NCBI GenBank assembly: GCA_030390025.1
Contig: CM059433.1
Coordinates: 32,738,001-32,802,000 of the forward strand
Direction of reading: 5' to 3'
Source: Squalus acanthias
Taxonomy: Eukaryota
Length of the DNA stretch: 64,000 nucleotides
Position 1 is the stretch's first letter, and every line of letters begins with the position of its first letter. Below the pieces are notes generated by a model. That model searched no databases. It had not been told where the DNA came from and saw only the letters and a program-made list of their open reading frames with translations. The translations under genes and the position numbers were made by a program. Shown here one piece after another: positions 1 to 15,100 of this stretch.

Positions 1-3000
1 ATCATAGAAGCAATCAGAGAAGCAATCGTAGAATCAATCATAGTATCAATCAGATAACCAATCAAGGGATCAATCCTAGAAGCAAACATAGGATCAATCT
101 CAGGATCAATAATTGAATCAAACATAGAAACAGCAATAGCATCAATGATAGAATCAATAATAGAATCAATCACAGGATCAATCATCGAATCAATCACAGG
201 ATCAATCATAGGATCAATCATAGAATCAATCATTGGATCAATCATAGAATCAATCACAGGATCAATCACAGGATCAATCATTGAATCAATCATTGAATCA
301 AACATAGGCTCAATCATAGAATAAATCATAGAAGCAATCATAAAATCAATCATAGGATCAATCACAGGATCAATCATTGAAACAATCATAGATTCAGCAA
401 AAGCATCAATGATAGGATCAAAAATAGAATGAATCACAGGATCAATCATAGAATCAATCACAGGATCAATCATAGGATCAATCACAGGATCAATCATAGG
501 ATCAATCATAGAATCAATCATTGGATATATCATAGAATCAATCATAGGATCAATCAGAAGATCCATGATAGAACTAATCATAAAAGCAATCATAGAATCA
601 ATCACAGGATCAAGTCTAGAATCAATCAGAGAATCAATCATAGAATCAATCATAGAAGCAATCATAGAATCAGCAAAAGCATCAATGATACGATCAATAA
701 TAGAATCAATCACAGAGAATCAATCATAGAATCAATCACAGGATCAATCATAGGATCAATCACAGGATCATTCATAGGATCAATCATAGAATCAATCATT
801 GGATCAATCACAGGATCAATCATATAATTAATCATAGAATCAATCATTGGATCAATCATAGAATCAATCATAGAATCAATCACAGGATCAATCATAGAAT
901 CAATCACAGGATCAATCATAGAATCAATCATAGAATCAATCATAGGATCAATCACAGGATCAATCAAAGAATTAATCATAGAATCAATTACAGGATCAAT
1001 CATAGAATCAATCATAGAATCAATCATAGAATCAATCATAGAAGCAATCATAGAAGCAATTATAGAATCAATCATAGTATCAATCAGATAATCAATCAAA
1101 GGATCAATCATAGAATCAAGCATAGAATCAATCATAGAATCAATCACAGGATCAATCATAGAATCAATCAAAGGATCAATCACAGGATCAATCATTGAAT
1201 CAATCATTGAATCAAACATAGGATCAATCATAGAATAAATCATAGAAGCAATCATAAAATCAATCATAGGATCAATCACAGGATCAATCATTGAATCAAT
1301 CATAGAATCAGCAAAAGCATCAATGATAGGATCTATAATAGATTGAATCACAGGATCAATCATAGAATCAATCACAGGATCAATCAGAGGATCAATCATA
1401 GAATCAATCATTGGATCAATCATAGAATCAATCATAGGATCAATCAGAAGATCCATGATAGAACTAATCATAAAAGCAATCATAGAATCAATCACAGGAT
1501 CAATTCTAGAATCAATCAGAGAATCAATCATAGAATCAATCATAGAAGCAATCATAGAATCAGCAAAAGCATCAATGATACGATCAATAATAGAATCAAT
1601 CACAGGATCAATCATAGAATGAATCATAGGATCAATCATAGGATCAATCACAGGATCATTCATAGGATCAATCATAGAATCAAACATAGAATCAATCATT
1701 GGATCAATCACAGGATCAATCATAGAATTAATCACAGGATCAATCATAGAATCAATCACAGGATCAATCAGAGGATCAATCACAGTATCAATCATAGAAT
1801 TAATCATAGAATCAATCACAGGATCAATCATAGAATCAATCATAGAATCAATCATAGAATCAATCATAGAAGCAATCATAGAATCAATCAGATAATCAAT
1901 CAAAGGATCAATCATAGAATCAAGCATACAATCAATCCAAGAAGAAAAAATAGAATCAATCACAGGATCAATCATAGAACCAATCACAGGATCAATCATA
2001 GAATCAATCATAGAATCAATCATAGAATCAATCATAGAAACAATCATAGAAGCAATCATAGAATCAATCATAGTATCAATCAAATAATCAATCAAAGGAT
2101 TAATCATAGAATCAAACATAGAATCAATCCTAGAAGCAAACATAGAATCAATCATAGGATCAATCACAGGATCAATCATTGAAGCAATCATAGAATTAAT
2201 CATAGGATCAATCCTAGAATCAATCAAAGGATGAATCATAGAATCAATCACAGGATCAATCATAGAATCAATTATAGAATCAAACACCGGATCAATAATA
2301 GGATCAATCATAGAATCAATCACAAGATTAATCAGAATCAATCTTAGAATCAATCATTGAATTAATCAAAGGATCAAGCAAAGTATCAATCACAGGATCA
2401 ATCATAGAATCAATCATAAAATCAATTAACTGAGCAATCATAGAATCAATCATAGAATCAATCATAGGATCTGTCATAGAATCAATCACAGGATCAATCA
2501 CAGGATCAATCATTGAATCAATCAAAGAAGCAAACATAGGATCAATCATAGAATAAATCATAGGATCAATAATAGAATCAATCACAGGATCAATCATCGA
2601 ATCAATCACAGGATCAATCATAGGATCAGTCATAGAATCAATCATTGGATCAATCATAGGATCAATCATAGAAGCAATCATAGAATTAATCATAGGATAA
2701 ATCCTAGAATCAATCAAAGGATCAATCATAGAATCAATCACAGGATCAATCATAGAATCAATTATAGAATCAAACACCAGATCAATAATAGGATCAATCA
2801 TAGAATCAATCATATAATCAATCATAGAAGCAATCAGAGAAGCAATCGTAGAATCAATCATAGTATCAATCAGATAACCAATCAAGGGATCAATCCTAGA
2901 AGCAAACATAGGATCAATCTCAGGATCAATAATTGAATCAAACATAGAAACAGCAATAGCATCAATGATAGAATCAATAATAGAATCAATCACAGGATCA

Positions 3001-6000
3001 ATCATCGAATCAATCACAGGATCAATCATAGGATCAATCATAGAATCAATCATTGGATCAATCATAGAATCAATCACAGGATCAATCACAGGATCAATCA
3101 TTGAATCAATCATTGAATCAAACATAGGCTCAATCATAGAATAAATCATAGAAGCAATCATAAAATCAATCATAGGATCAATCACAGGATCAATCATTGA
3201 AACAATCATAGATTCAGCAAAAGCATCAATGATAGGATCAAAAATAGAATGAATCACAGGATCAATCATAGAATCAATCACAGGATCAATCATAGGATCA
3301 ATCACAGGATCAATCATAGGATCAATCATAGAATCAATCATTGGATATATCATAGAATCAATCATAGGATCAATCAGAAGATCCATGATAGAACTAATCA
3401 TAAAAGCAATCATAGAATCAATCACAGGATCAAGTCTAGAATCAATCAGAGAATCAATCATAGAATCAATCATAGAAGCAATCATAGAATCAGCAAAAGC
3501 ATCAATGATACGATCAATAATAGAATCAATCACAGAGAATCAATCATAGAATCAATCACAGGATCAATCATAGGATCAATCACAGGATCATTCATAGGAT
3601 CAATCATAGAATCAATCATTGGATCAATCACAGGATCAATCATATAATTAATCATAGAATCAATCATTGGATCAATCATAGAATCAATCATAGAATCAAT
3701 CACAGGATCAATCATAGAATCAATCACAGGATCAATCATAGAATCAATCATAGAATCAATCATAGGATCAATCACAGGATCAATCAAAGAATTAATCATA
3801 GAATCAATTACAGGATCAATCATAGAATCAATCATAGAATCAATCATAGAATCAATCATAGAAGCAATCATAGAAGCAATTATAGAATCAATCATAGTAT
3901 CAATCAGATAATCAATCAAAGGATCAATCATAGAATCAAGCATAGAATCAATCATAGAATCAATCACAGGATCAATCATAGAATCAATCAAAGGATCAAT
4001 CACAGGATCAATCATTGAATCAATCATTGAATCAAACATAGGATCAATCATAGAATAAATCATAGAAGCAATCATAAAATCAATCATAGGATCAATCACA
4101 GGATCAATCATTGAATCAATCATAGAATCAGCAAAAGCATCAATGATAGGATCTATAATAGATTGAATCACAGGATCAATCATAGAATCAATCACAGGAT
4201 CAATCAGAGGATCAATCATAGAATCAATCATTGGATCAATCATAGAATCAATCATAGGATCAATCAGAAGATCCATGATAGAACTAATCATAAAAGCAAT
4301 CATAGAATCAATCACAGGATCAATTCTAGAATCAATCAGAGAATCAATCATAGAATCAATCATAGAAGCAATCATAGAATCAGCAAAAGCATCAATGATA
4401 CGATCAATAATAGAATCAATCACAGGATCAATCATAGAATGAATCATAGGATCAATCATAGGATCAATCACAGGATCATTCATAGGATCAATCATAGAAT
4501 CAAACATAGAATCAATCATTGGATCAATCACAGGATCAATCATAGAATTAATCACAGGATCAATCATAGAATCAATCACAGGATCAATCAGAGGATCAAT
4601 CACAGTATCAATCATAGAATTAATCATAGAATCAATCACAGGATCAATCATAGAATCAATCATAGAATCAATCATAGAATCAATCATAGAAGCAATCATA
4701 GAATCAATCAGATAATCAATCAAAGGATCAATCATAGAATCAAGCATACAATCAATCCAAGAAGAAAAAATAGAATCAATCACAGGATCAATCATAGAAC
4801 CAATCACAGGATCAATCATAGAATCAATCATAGAATCAATCATAGAATCAATCATAGAAACAATCATAGAAGCAATCATAGAATCAATCATAGTATCAAT
4901 CAAATAATCAATCAAAGGATTAATCATAGAATCAAACATAGAATCAATCCTAGAAGCAAACATAGAATCAATCATAGGATCAATCACAGGATCAATCATT
5001 GAAGCAATCATAGAATTAATCATAGGATCAATCCTAGAATCAATCAAAGGATGAATCATAGAATCAATCACAGGATCAATCATAGAATCAATTATAGAAT
5101 CAAACACCGGATCAATAATAGGATCAATCATAGAATCAATCACAAGATTAATCAGAATCAATCTTAGAATCAATCATTGAATTAATCAAAGGATCAAGCA
5201 AAGTATCAATCACAGGATCAATCATAGAATCAATCATAAAATCAATTAACTGAGCAATCATAGAATCAATCATAGAATCAATCATAGGATCTGTCATAGA
5301 ATCAATCACAGGATCAATCACAGGATCAATCATTGAATCAATCAAAGAAGCAAACATAGGATCAATCATAGAATAAATCATAGGATCAATAATAGAATCA
5401 ATCACAGGATCAATCATCGAATCAATCACAGGATCAATCATAGGATCAGTCATAGAATCAATCATTGGATCAATCATAGGATCAATCATAGAAGCAATCA
5501 TAGAATTAATCATAGGATAAATCCTAGAATCAATCAAAGGATCAATCATAGAATCAATCACAGGATCAATCATAGAATCAATTATAGAATCAAACACCAG
5601 ATCAATAATAGGATCAATCATAGAATCAATCATATAATCAATCATAGAAGCAATCAGAGAAGCAATCGTAGAATCAATCATAGTATCAATCAGATAACCA
5701 ATCAAGGGATCAATCCTAGAAGCAAACATAGGATCAATCTCAGGATCAATAATTGAATCAAACATAGAAACAGCAATAGCATCAATGATAGAATCAATAA
5801 TAGAATCAATCACAGGATCAATCATCGAATCAATCACAGGATCAATCATAGGATCAATCATAGAATCAATCATTGGATCAATCATAGAATCAATCACAGG
5901 ATCAATCACAGGATCAATCATTGAATCAATCATTGAATCAAACATAGGCTCAATCATAGAATAAATCATAGAAGCAATCATAAAATCAATCATAGGATCA

Positions 6001-6650
6001 ATCACAGGATCAATCATTGAAACAATCATAGATTCAGCAAAAGCATCAATGATAGGATCAAAAATAGAATGAATCACAGGATCAATCATAGAATCAATCA
6101 CAGGATCAATCATAGGATCAATCACAGGATCAATCATAGGATCAATCATAGAATCAGTCATTGGATATATCATAGAATCAATCATAGGATCAATCAGAAG
6201 ATCCATGATAGAACTAATCATAAAAGCAATCATAGAATCAATCACAGGATCAAGTCTAGAATCAATCAGAGAATCAATCATAGAATCAATCATAGAAGCA
6301 ATCATAGAATCAGCAAAAGCATCAATGATACGATCAATAATAGAATCAATCACAGAGAATCAATCATAGAATCAATCACAGGATCAATCATAGGATCAAT
6401 CACAGGATCATTCATAGGATCAATCATAGAATCAATCATTGGATCAATCACAGGATCAATCATAGAATTAATCATAGAATCAATCATTGGATCAATCATA
6501 GAATCAATCATAGAATCAATCACAGGATCAATCAGAGAATCAATCACAGGATCAATCATAGAATCAATCATAGAATCAATCATAGGATCAATCACAGGAT
6601 CAATCAAAGAATTAATCATAGAATCAATCACAGGATCAATCATAGAATCA
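1..6650. repeat. Higher-order repeat, period 2820 bp (235 monomers), about 2.3 near-identical copies, open to the left
   Basis: Sequence at 1, 2821 and 5641 is the same. The ORF track repeats with offset 2820 and identical translations (429/3249, 710/3530, 1343/4163; 2328/5148 differ by one residue). Copy 3 shows SNPs at about 6157 and 6465 and leaves register near 6654. Confidence 0.97.
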
Positions 6651-8569
6651 ATCACAGGATCAATCATAGAATCAATCATAGAATCAATCATAGAATCAAT
6701 CATAGAAGCAATCATAGAAGCAATTATAGAATCAATCATAGTATCAATCAGATAATCAATCAAAGGATCAATCATAGAATCAAGCATAGAATCAATCATA
6801 GAAGCAAACATAGAGTAATCACAGGATCAATCATAGAACCAATCACAGGATCAATCATAGAATCAATCATAGAATCAATCATAGAAACAATCATAGAAGC
6901 AATCATAGAATCAATCATAGTATCAATCAGATAATCAATAATAGAATCAATCACAGGATCAATCATAGAATCAATCACAGGATCAATCATAGCATCAATC
7001 ACAGGATCAATCATAGGATCAATAATAGAATCAATCATAGAATCAATCATTGGATCAATCATAGAATCAATCATAGAATCAATCACAGGATCAATCATAG
7101 AATCAATCATAGAAACAATCAGAGGATCAATCATAGAATCAATCACAGGATCAATCATAGAAGCAACCACAGAAGCAATCATAGAAACAATAATAGTATC
7201 AATCAGAGAATCAATCAAAGGATCTATCATAGAATCAAACATAGAATCAATCATAGAAGCAACCATATAATCAATCATAGGATCAATCACAGGATCAATC
7301 ATAGAATCAATTATAGAATCAATAATAGAATCAATCATAGAAGCAATCATAGAAGCAATCATAGAATCAATCATAGTATCAATCAGATAATCAATCAAAG
7401 GATCAATCATAGAATCAAACATAGAATCAATCCTAGAAGCAAACAAAGAATCAATCATAGGATCAATCACAGGATCAATCATAGAATAAATCATAGCATA
7501 AATCATAAAATCAAGCATAGGATCAATCACAGGATCAATAATTGAATCAATCATAGAAACAGCAATAGCATCAATGATAGAATCAATAATAGACTCAATC
7601 ACAGGATCAATCATCGAATCAATCACAGGATCAATCATAGGATCAATCATAGAATCAATCATTGGATCAATCATAGAATCAATCACATAATCAATCATAG
7701 AATCAATCACAGGATCAATCATAGAATCAATCATAGAATCAATCATAGGATCAATCACAGGATCAATCAAAGAATTAATCATAGAATCAATCATAGGATC
7801 AACCATAGAATCAATCATAGTATCAATCACAGGATCAATCATTGAATCAATCACAGGATCAATCATAGAATCAATCATAGAATCATTCATAGAAGCAATC
7901 AGATAATCAATGAAAGGATCAATCATAGAATCAAACATAGGATTAATCCTAGAATCAATCAAAGGATCAATCATATAATCAATCACAGGATCAATCATAG
8001 AATCAATTATAGAATCAAACACCAGATCAATAATAGGATCAATCATAGAATCAATCATAGAATCAATCACAGGATCAATCATTGAATCTAACATAGAATC
8101 AATCACACGATCAATCATAGGATTAATCATAGAATCAAACATACAATCAATCACAGGATCAATCATAGAATTAATCATAGAATCAATCATAGAAACAATC
8201 ACAGGTTTAATCATAGTATCAATCATAGAATCAATCATAGAATCAATCATAGGATCAATCACATGAATAATCATAGAATCAATCATAGAATCAATCACAG
8301 GATCAATCATAGAATCAATCAGAAGATCCATCAGAGAACTAATCATAAAAATCAATCATAGAATCAATCATAGAATCAATCATAGAATCAATCAGAGAAT
8401 CAATCATAGAATCAATCATAGAAGCAATCATAGAATCAGCAAAAGCATCAATGATACGATCAACAATAGAATCAATGACAGGATCAATCATAGAATCAAT
8501 CACTGGATCAATCATAGGATCAATCATAGAATCAATCATAGAATCAATCATTGGATCAATCACAGGATC

Positions 8570-11500
8570 AATCATAGAATTAATCATAGAATCAATCACA
8601 GGATCAATCATAGAATCAATCACAGGATCAATCATATAATCAATCATAGAATCAATCATAGGATCACTCACAGGATCAATCATAGAATTAATCATAGAAT
8701 CAATCATAGGATCAATCATAGAATTAATCATAGAATCAATCACAGGATCAATCATAGAATCAATCATAGAATCAATCATAGAATCAATCATAGAAGCAAT
8801 CAGAGAAGCAATCGTAGAATCAATCATTGTATCAATCAGATAACCAATCAAAGGATCAATCATAGAATCAAACATAGAATGAATCCTAGAAGCAAACATA
8901 GGTTCAATCTCAGGATCAATAATTGAATCAATCATAGAAACAGCAATAGCATCAATGATAGAATCAATAAAAGAATCAATCACAGGATCAATCATCGAAT
9001 CAATCACAGGATCAATCATAGGATCAATCATAGAATCAATCATTGGATCAATCATAGAATCAATACATAATCAATCATAGAATCAATCACAGGATCAATC
9101 ATAGAATCAATCAAAGGATCAATCACAGGATCAATCATTGAATCAATCATTGAATCAAACATAGGATCAATCATAGAATAAATCATAGAAGCAATCATAA
9201 AATCAATCATACGATCAATCACAGGATCAATCATTGAATCAATCATAGAATCAGCAAAAGCATCAATGATAGGATCTATAATAGATTGAATCACAGGATC
9301 AATCATATAATCAATCACAGGATCAATCAGAGGATCAATCATAGAATCAATCATTGGATCAATCATAGAATCAATCATAGGATCAATCATAGGATCAATC
9401 ACAGGATCATTCATAGGATCAATCATAGAATCAATCATTGGATCAATCACAGGATCAATCATAGAATTAATCATAGAATCAATCATTGGATCAATCATAG
9501 AATCAATCATAGAATCAATCACAGGATCAATCATAGAATCAATCACAGGATCAATCATAGAATCAATCATAGAATCAATCATAGGATCAATCACAGGATC
9601 AATCAAAGAATTAATCCTAGAATCAATCACAGGATCAATCATAGAATCAATCACAGGATCAATCATAGAATCAATCATAGAATTAATCATAGAATCAATC
9701 ACAGGATCAATCATAGAATCAATCACAGGATCAATCATATAATCAATCATAGAATCAATCATAGGATCACTCACAGGATCAATCATAGAATTAATCATAG
9801 AATCAATCATAGGATCAATCATAGAATTAATCATAGAATCAATCACAGGATCAATCATAGAATCAATCATAGAATCAATCATAGAATCAATCATAGAAGC
9901 AATCAGAGAAGCAATCGTAGAATCAATCATTGTATCAATCAGATAACCAATCAAAGGATCAATCATAGAATCAAACATAGAATGAATCCTAGAAGCAAAC
10001 ATAGGTTCAATCTCAGGATCAATAATTGAATCAATCATAGAAACAGCAATAGCATCAATGATAGAATCAATAAAAGAATCAATCACAGGATCAATCATCG
10101 AATCAATCACAGGATCAATCATAGGATCAATCATAGAATCAATCATTGGATCAATCATAGAATCAATACATAATCAATCATAGAATCAATCACAGGATCA
10201 ATCATAGAATCAATCACAGGATCAATCATAGAATCAATCATAGAATTAATCATAGAATCAATCACAGGATCAATCATAGAATCAATCACAGGATCAATCA
10301 TATAATCAATCATAGAATCAATCATAGGATCACTCACAGGATCAATCATAGAATTAATCATAGAATCAATCATAGGATCAATCATAGAATAAATCATAGA
10401 AGCAATCATAAAATCAATCATACGATCAATCACAGGATCAATCATTGAATCAATCATAGAATCAGCAAAAGCATCAATGATAGGATCTATAATAGATTGA
10501 ATCACAGGATCAATCATATAATCAATCACAGGATCAATCAGAGGATCAATCATAGAATCAATCATTGGATCAATCATAGAATCAATCATAGGATCAATCA
10601 TAGGATCAATCACAGGATCATTCATAGGATCAATCATAGAATCAATCATTGGATCAATCACAGGATCAATCATAGAATTAATCATAGAATCAATCATTGG
10701 ATCAATCATAGAATCAATCATAGAATCAATCACAGGATCAATCATAGAATCAATCACAGGATCAATCATAGAATCAATCATAGAATCAATCATAGGATCA
10801 ATCACAGGATCAATCAAAGAATTAATCCTAGAATCAATCACAGGATCAATCATAGAATCAATCACAGGATCAATCATAGAATCAATCATAGAATTAATCA
10901 TAGAATCAATCACAGGATCAATCATAGAATCAATCACAGGATCAATCATATAATCAATCATAGAATCAATCATAGGATCACTCACAGGATCAATCATAGA
11001 ATTAATCATAGAATCAATCATAGGATCAATCATAGAATTAATCATAGAATCAATCACAGGATCAATCATAGAATCAATCATAGAATCAATCATAGAATCA
11101 ATCATAGAAGCAATCAGAGAAGCAATCGTAGAATCAATCGTTGTATCAATCAGATAACCAATCAAAGGATCAATCATAGAATCAAACATAGAATGAATCC
11201 TAGAAGCAAACATAGGTTCAATCTCAGGATCAATAATTGAATCAATCATAGAAACAGCAATAGCATCAATGATAGAATCAATAAAAGAATCAATCACAGG
11301 ATCAATCATCGAATCAATCACAGGATCAATCATAGGATCAATCATAGAATCAATCATTGGATCAATCATAGAATCAATACATAATCAATCATAGAATCAA
11401 TCACAGGATCAATCATAGAATCAATCAAAGGATCAATCACAGGATCAATCATTGAATCAATCATTGAATCAAACATAGGATCAATCATAGAATAAATCAT

Positions 11501-11990
11501 AGAAGCAATCATAAAATCAATCATACGATCAATCACAGGATCAATCATTGAATCAATCATAGAATCAGCAAAAGCATCAATGATAGGATCTATAATAGAT
11601 TGAATCACAGGATCAATCATATAATCAATCACAGGATCAATCAGAGGATCAATCATAGAATCAATCATTGGATCAATCATAGAATCAATCATAGGATCAA
11701 TCATAGGATCAATCACAGGATCATTCATAGGATCAATCATAGAATCAATCATTGGATCAATCACAGGATCAATCATAGAATTAATCATAGAATCAATCAT
11801 TGGATCAATCATAGAATCAATCATAGAATCAATCACAGGATCAATCATAGAATCAATCACAGGATCAATCATAGAATCAATCATAGAATCAATCATAGGA
11901 TCAATCACAGGATCAATCAAAGAATTAATCCTAGAATCAATCACAGGATCAATCATAGAATCAATCACAGGATCAATCATAGAATCAATC
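8570..11990. repeat. Higher-order repeat, periods 1103 and 1211 bp (92 and 101 monomers minus 1 bp), about 3 copies
   Basis: The 11-bp landmark monomer GAATCAATACA occurs at 9057, 10160 and 11371. Other shared markers are GGATCACTCACA, GAATGAATCCTA, GGTTCAATCTCA and GAATCAATAAAA. Boundaries are approximate. Confidence 0.9.
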
Positions 11991-12125
11991 ATAGAATCAA
12001 TCATAGAATCAATCATAGAAGCAATCATAGAAGCAATTATAGAATCAATCGTAGTATCAATCAGATAATTAATCAAAGGATCAATCATAGAATCAAGCAT
12101 AGAATCAATCATAGAAGCAAACATA

Positions 12126-15100
12126 GAGTAATCACAGGATCAATCATAGAACCAATCACAGGATCAATCATAGAATCAATCATAGAATCAATCATAGAAA
12201 CAATCATAGAAGCAATCATAGAATCAATCATAGTATCAATCAGATAATCAATCAAAGGATCAATCATAGAATCAAACATAAAATCAATCCTAGAAGCAAA
12301 CATAGAATCAATCATAGGATCAATCACAGGATCAATCATTGAAGCAATCATAGAATTAATCAGAGGATCAATCCTAGAATCAATCAAAGGATGAATCATA
12401 GAATCAATCACAGGATCAATCATAGAATCAATTATAGAATCAAACACCGGATCAATAATAGGATCAATCATAGAATCAATCACAAGATTAATCAGAATCA
12501 ATCTTAGAATCAATCATTGAATTAATCAAAGGATCAAGCAAAGTATCAATCACAGGATCAATCATAGAATCAATCATAAAATCAATTAACTGAGCAATCA
12601 TAGAATCAATCATAGAATCAATCATAGGATCAGTCATAGAATCAATCACAGGATCAATCACAGGATCAATCATTGAATCAATCAAAGAAGCAAACATAGG
12701 ATCAATCATAGAATAAATCATAGAATCAATCATAAAATCAATAATAGGGTCAATCACAGGATCAATAACTGAATCAATCATAGAAACAGCAATAGCATCA
12801 ATGATAAGATCAATAATAGAATCAATCACAGGATCAATCATCGAATCAATCACAGGATCAATCATAGGATCAATCATAGAATCAATCATTGGATCAATCA
12901 TAGGATCAATCATAGAAGCAATCATAGAATTAATCATAGGATTAAACCTAGAATCAATCAAAGGATCAATCATAGAATCAATCATAGAATCAATCACAGC
13001 ATCAATCATTGATTCTAACATAGAATCAATCACATGATCAATCATAGGATCAATCATAGAATCAAACATCCAATCAATCACAGGATCAATCATAGAATCA
13101 ATCAAAGAATCAATCACCGGATCAATAATAGGATCAATCATAGAATCAATCATAGAAACAATCACAGGTTTAATCATAGTATCAATCATTGGATCAATCA
13201 TAGAATCAATCACATAATCAATCATAGAATCAATCACAGGATCAATCATAGAATCAATCAAAGAATCAATCATTGAATCAATCATAGGATCAAGCATAGA
13301 ATCAATCACAGGATTAAACAGAATCAATCATAAAATTAATCAAAGGATCAAGCAAAGTTTCAATCACAGCATCAATCATAGAATCAATCATAAAAACGTT
13401 TAACTGATCAATCATAGAATCAATCACAGGATCAATCATAGAATCAATCATAAAATCAATTAACTGATCAATCATAGAATCAATCATAGGATCAATCATA
13501 GGATCAATCATAAAATCAATCTTAGAATCAATCATAGGATCAATCATTGAATCAATCATAGAAACAGCAATAGCATCAATGATAGGATCAATAATAGGAT
13601 CAATCATAGAAGCAATCATAGAATTAATCATAGGATCAATCCTAGAATCAATCAAAGGATCAATCATAGAATCAATCACAGGATCAATCAAAGGATCAAT
13701 CATAGAATCAATCAAAGGATCAATTCTAGAATCAATCAGAGAATCAATCATAGAATCAATCATAGAAGCAATCATAGAATCAGCAAAAGCATCAATGATA
13801 CGATCAATAATAGAATCAATCACAGGATATATCATAGAATGAATCATAGGATCAATCATAGGATCAATCACAGGATCATTCATAGGATCAATCATAGAAT
13901 CAAACATAGAATCAATCATTGGATCAATCACAGGATCAATCATAGAATTAATCACAGGATCAATCATAGAATCAATCACAGGATCAATCAGAGGATCAAT
14001 CACAGTATCAATCATAGAATTAATCATAGAATCAATCACAGGATCAATCATAGAATCAATCACAGGATCAATCATAGAATCAATCATAGAATCAATCATA
14101 GAATCAATCATAGAAGCAATCATAGAATCAATCAGATAATCAATCAAAGGATCAATCATAGAATCAAGCATACAATCAATCCTAGAAGCAAACATAGAAT
14201 CAATCACAGGATCAATCATAGAACCAATCACAGGATCAATCATAGAATCAATCATAGAATCAATCATAGAATCAATCATAGAGACAATCATAGAAGCAAT
14301 CATAGAATCAATCATAGTATCAATCAAATAATCAATCAAAGGATTAATCATAGAATCAAACATAGAATCAATCCTAGAAGCAAACATAGAATCAATCATA
14401 GGATCAATCACAGGATCAATCATTGAAGCAATCATAGAATTAATCATAGGATCAATCCTAGAATCAATCAAAGGATGAATCATAGAATCAATCACAGGAT
14501 CAATCATAGAATCAATTATAGAATCAAACACCGGATCAATAATAGGATCAATCATAGAATCAATCACAAGATTAATCAGAATCAATCTTAGAATCAATCA
14601 TTGAATTAATCAAAGGATCAAGCAAAGTATCAATCACAGGATCAATCATAGAATCAATCATAAAATCAATTAACTGAGCAATCATAGAATCAATCATAGA
14701 ATCAATCATAGGATCTGTCATAGAATCAATCACAGGATCAATCACAGGATCAATCACAGGATCAATCATTGAATCAATCATAGAAGCAAACATAGGATCA
14801 ATCATAGAATAAATCATAGAATCAATTATAAAATCAATCATAGGGTCAATCACAGGATCAATAACTGAATCAATCATAGAAACAGCAATAGCATCAATGA
14901 TAAGATCAATAATAGAATCAATCACAGGATCAATCATCGAATCAATCACAGGATCAATCATAGGATCAGTCATAGAATCAATCATTGGATCAATCATAGG
15001 ATCAATCATAGAAGCAATCATAGAATTAATCATAGGATAAATCCTAGAATCAATCAAAGGATCAATCATAGAATCAATCACAGGATCAATCATAGAATCA

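Noticed and set aside
1341..1361. Short inverted repeat GATTGA...TCAATC (also in the copies near 4161, 9284, 10495 and 11598) as a hairpin, terminator or inversion
   Set aside because: It is only a 6-bp stem created by two substitutions in one monomer. There is no U-tract and the array orientation does not change.
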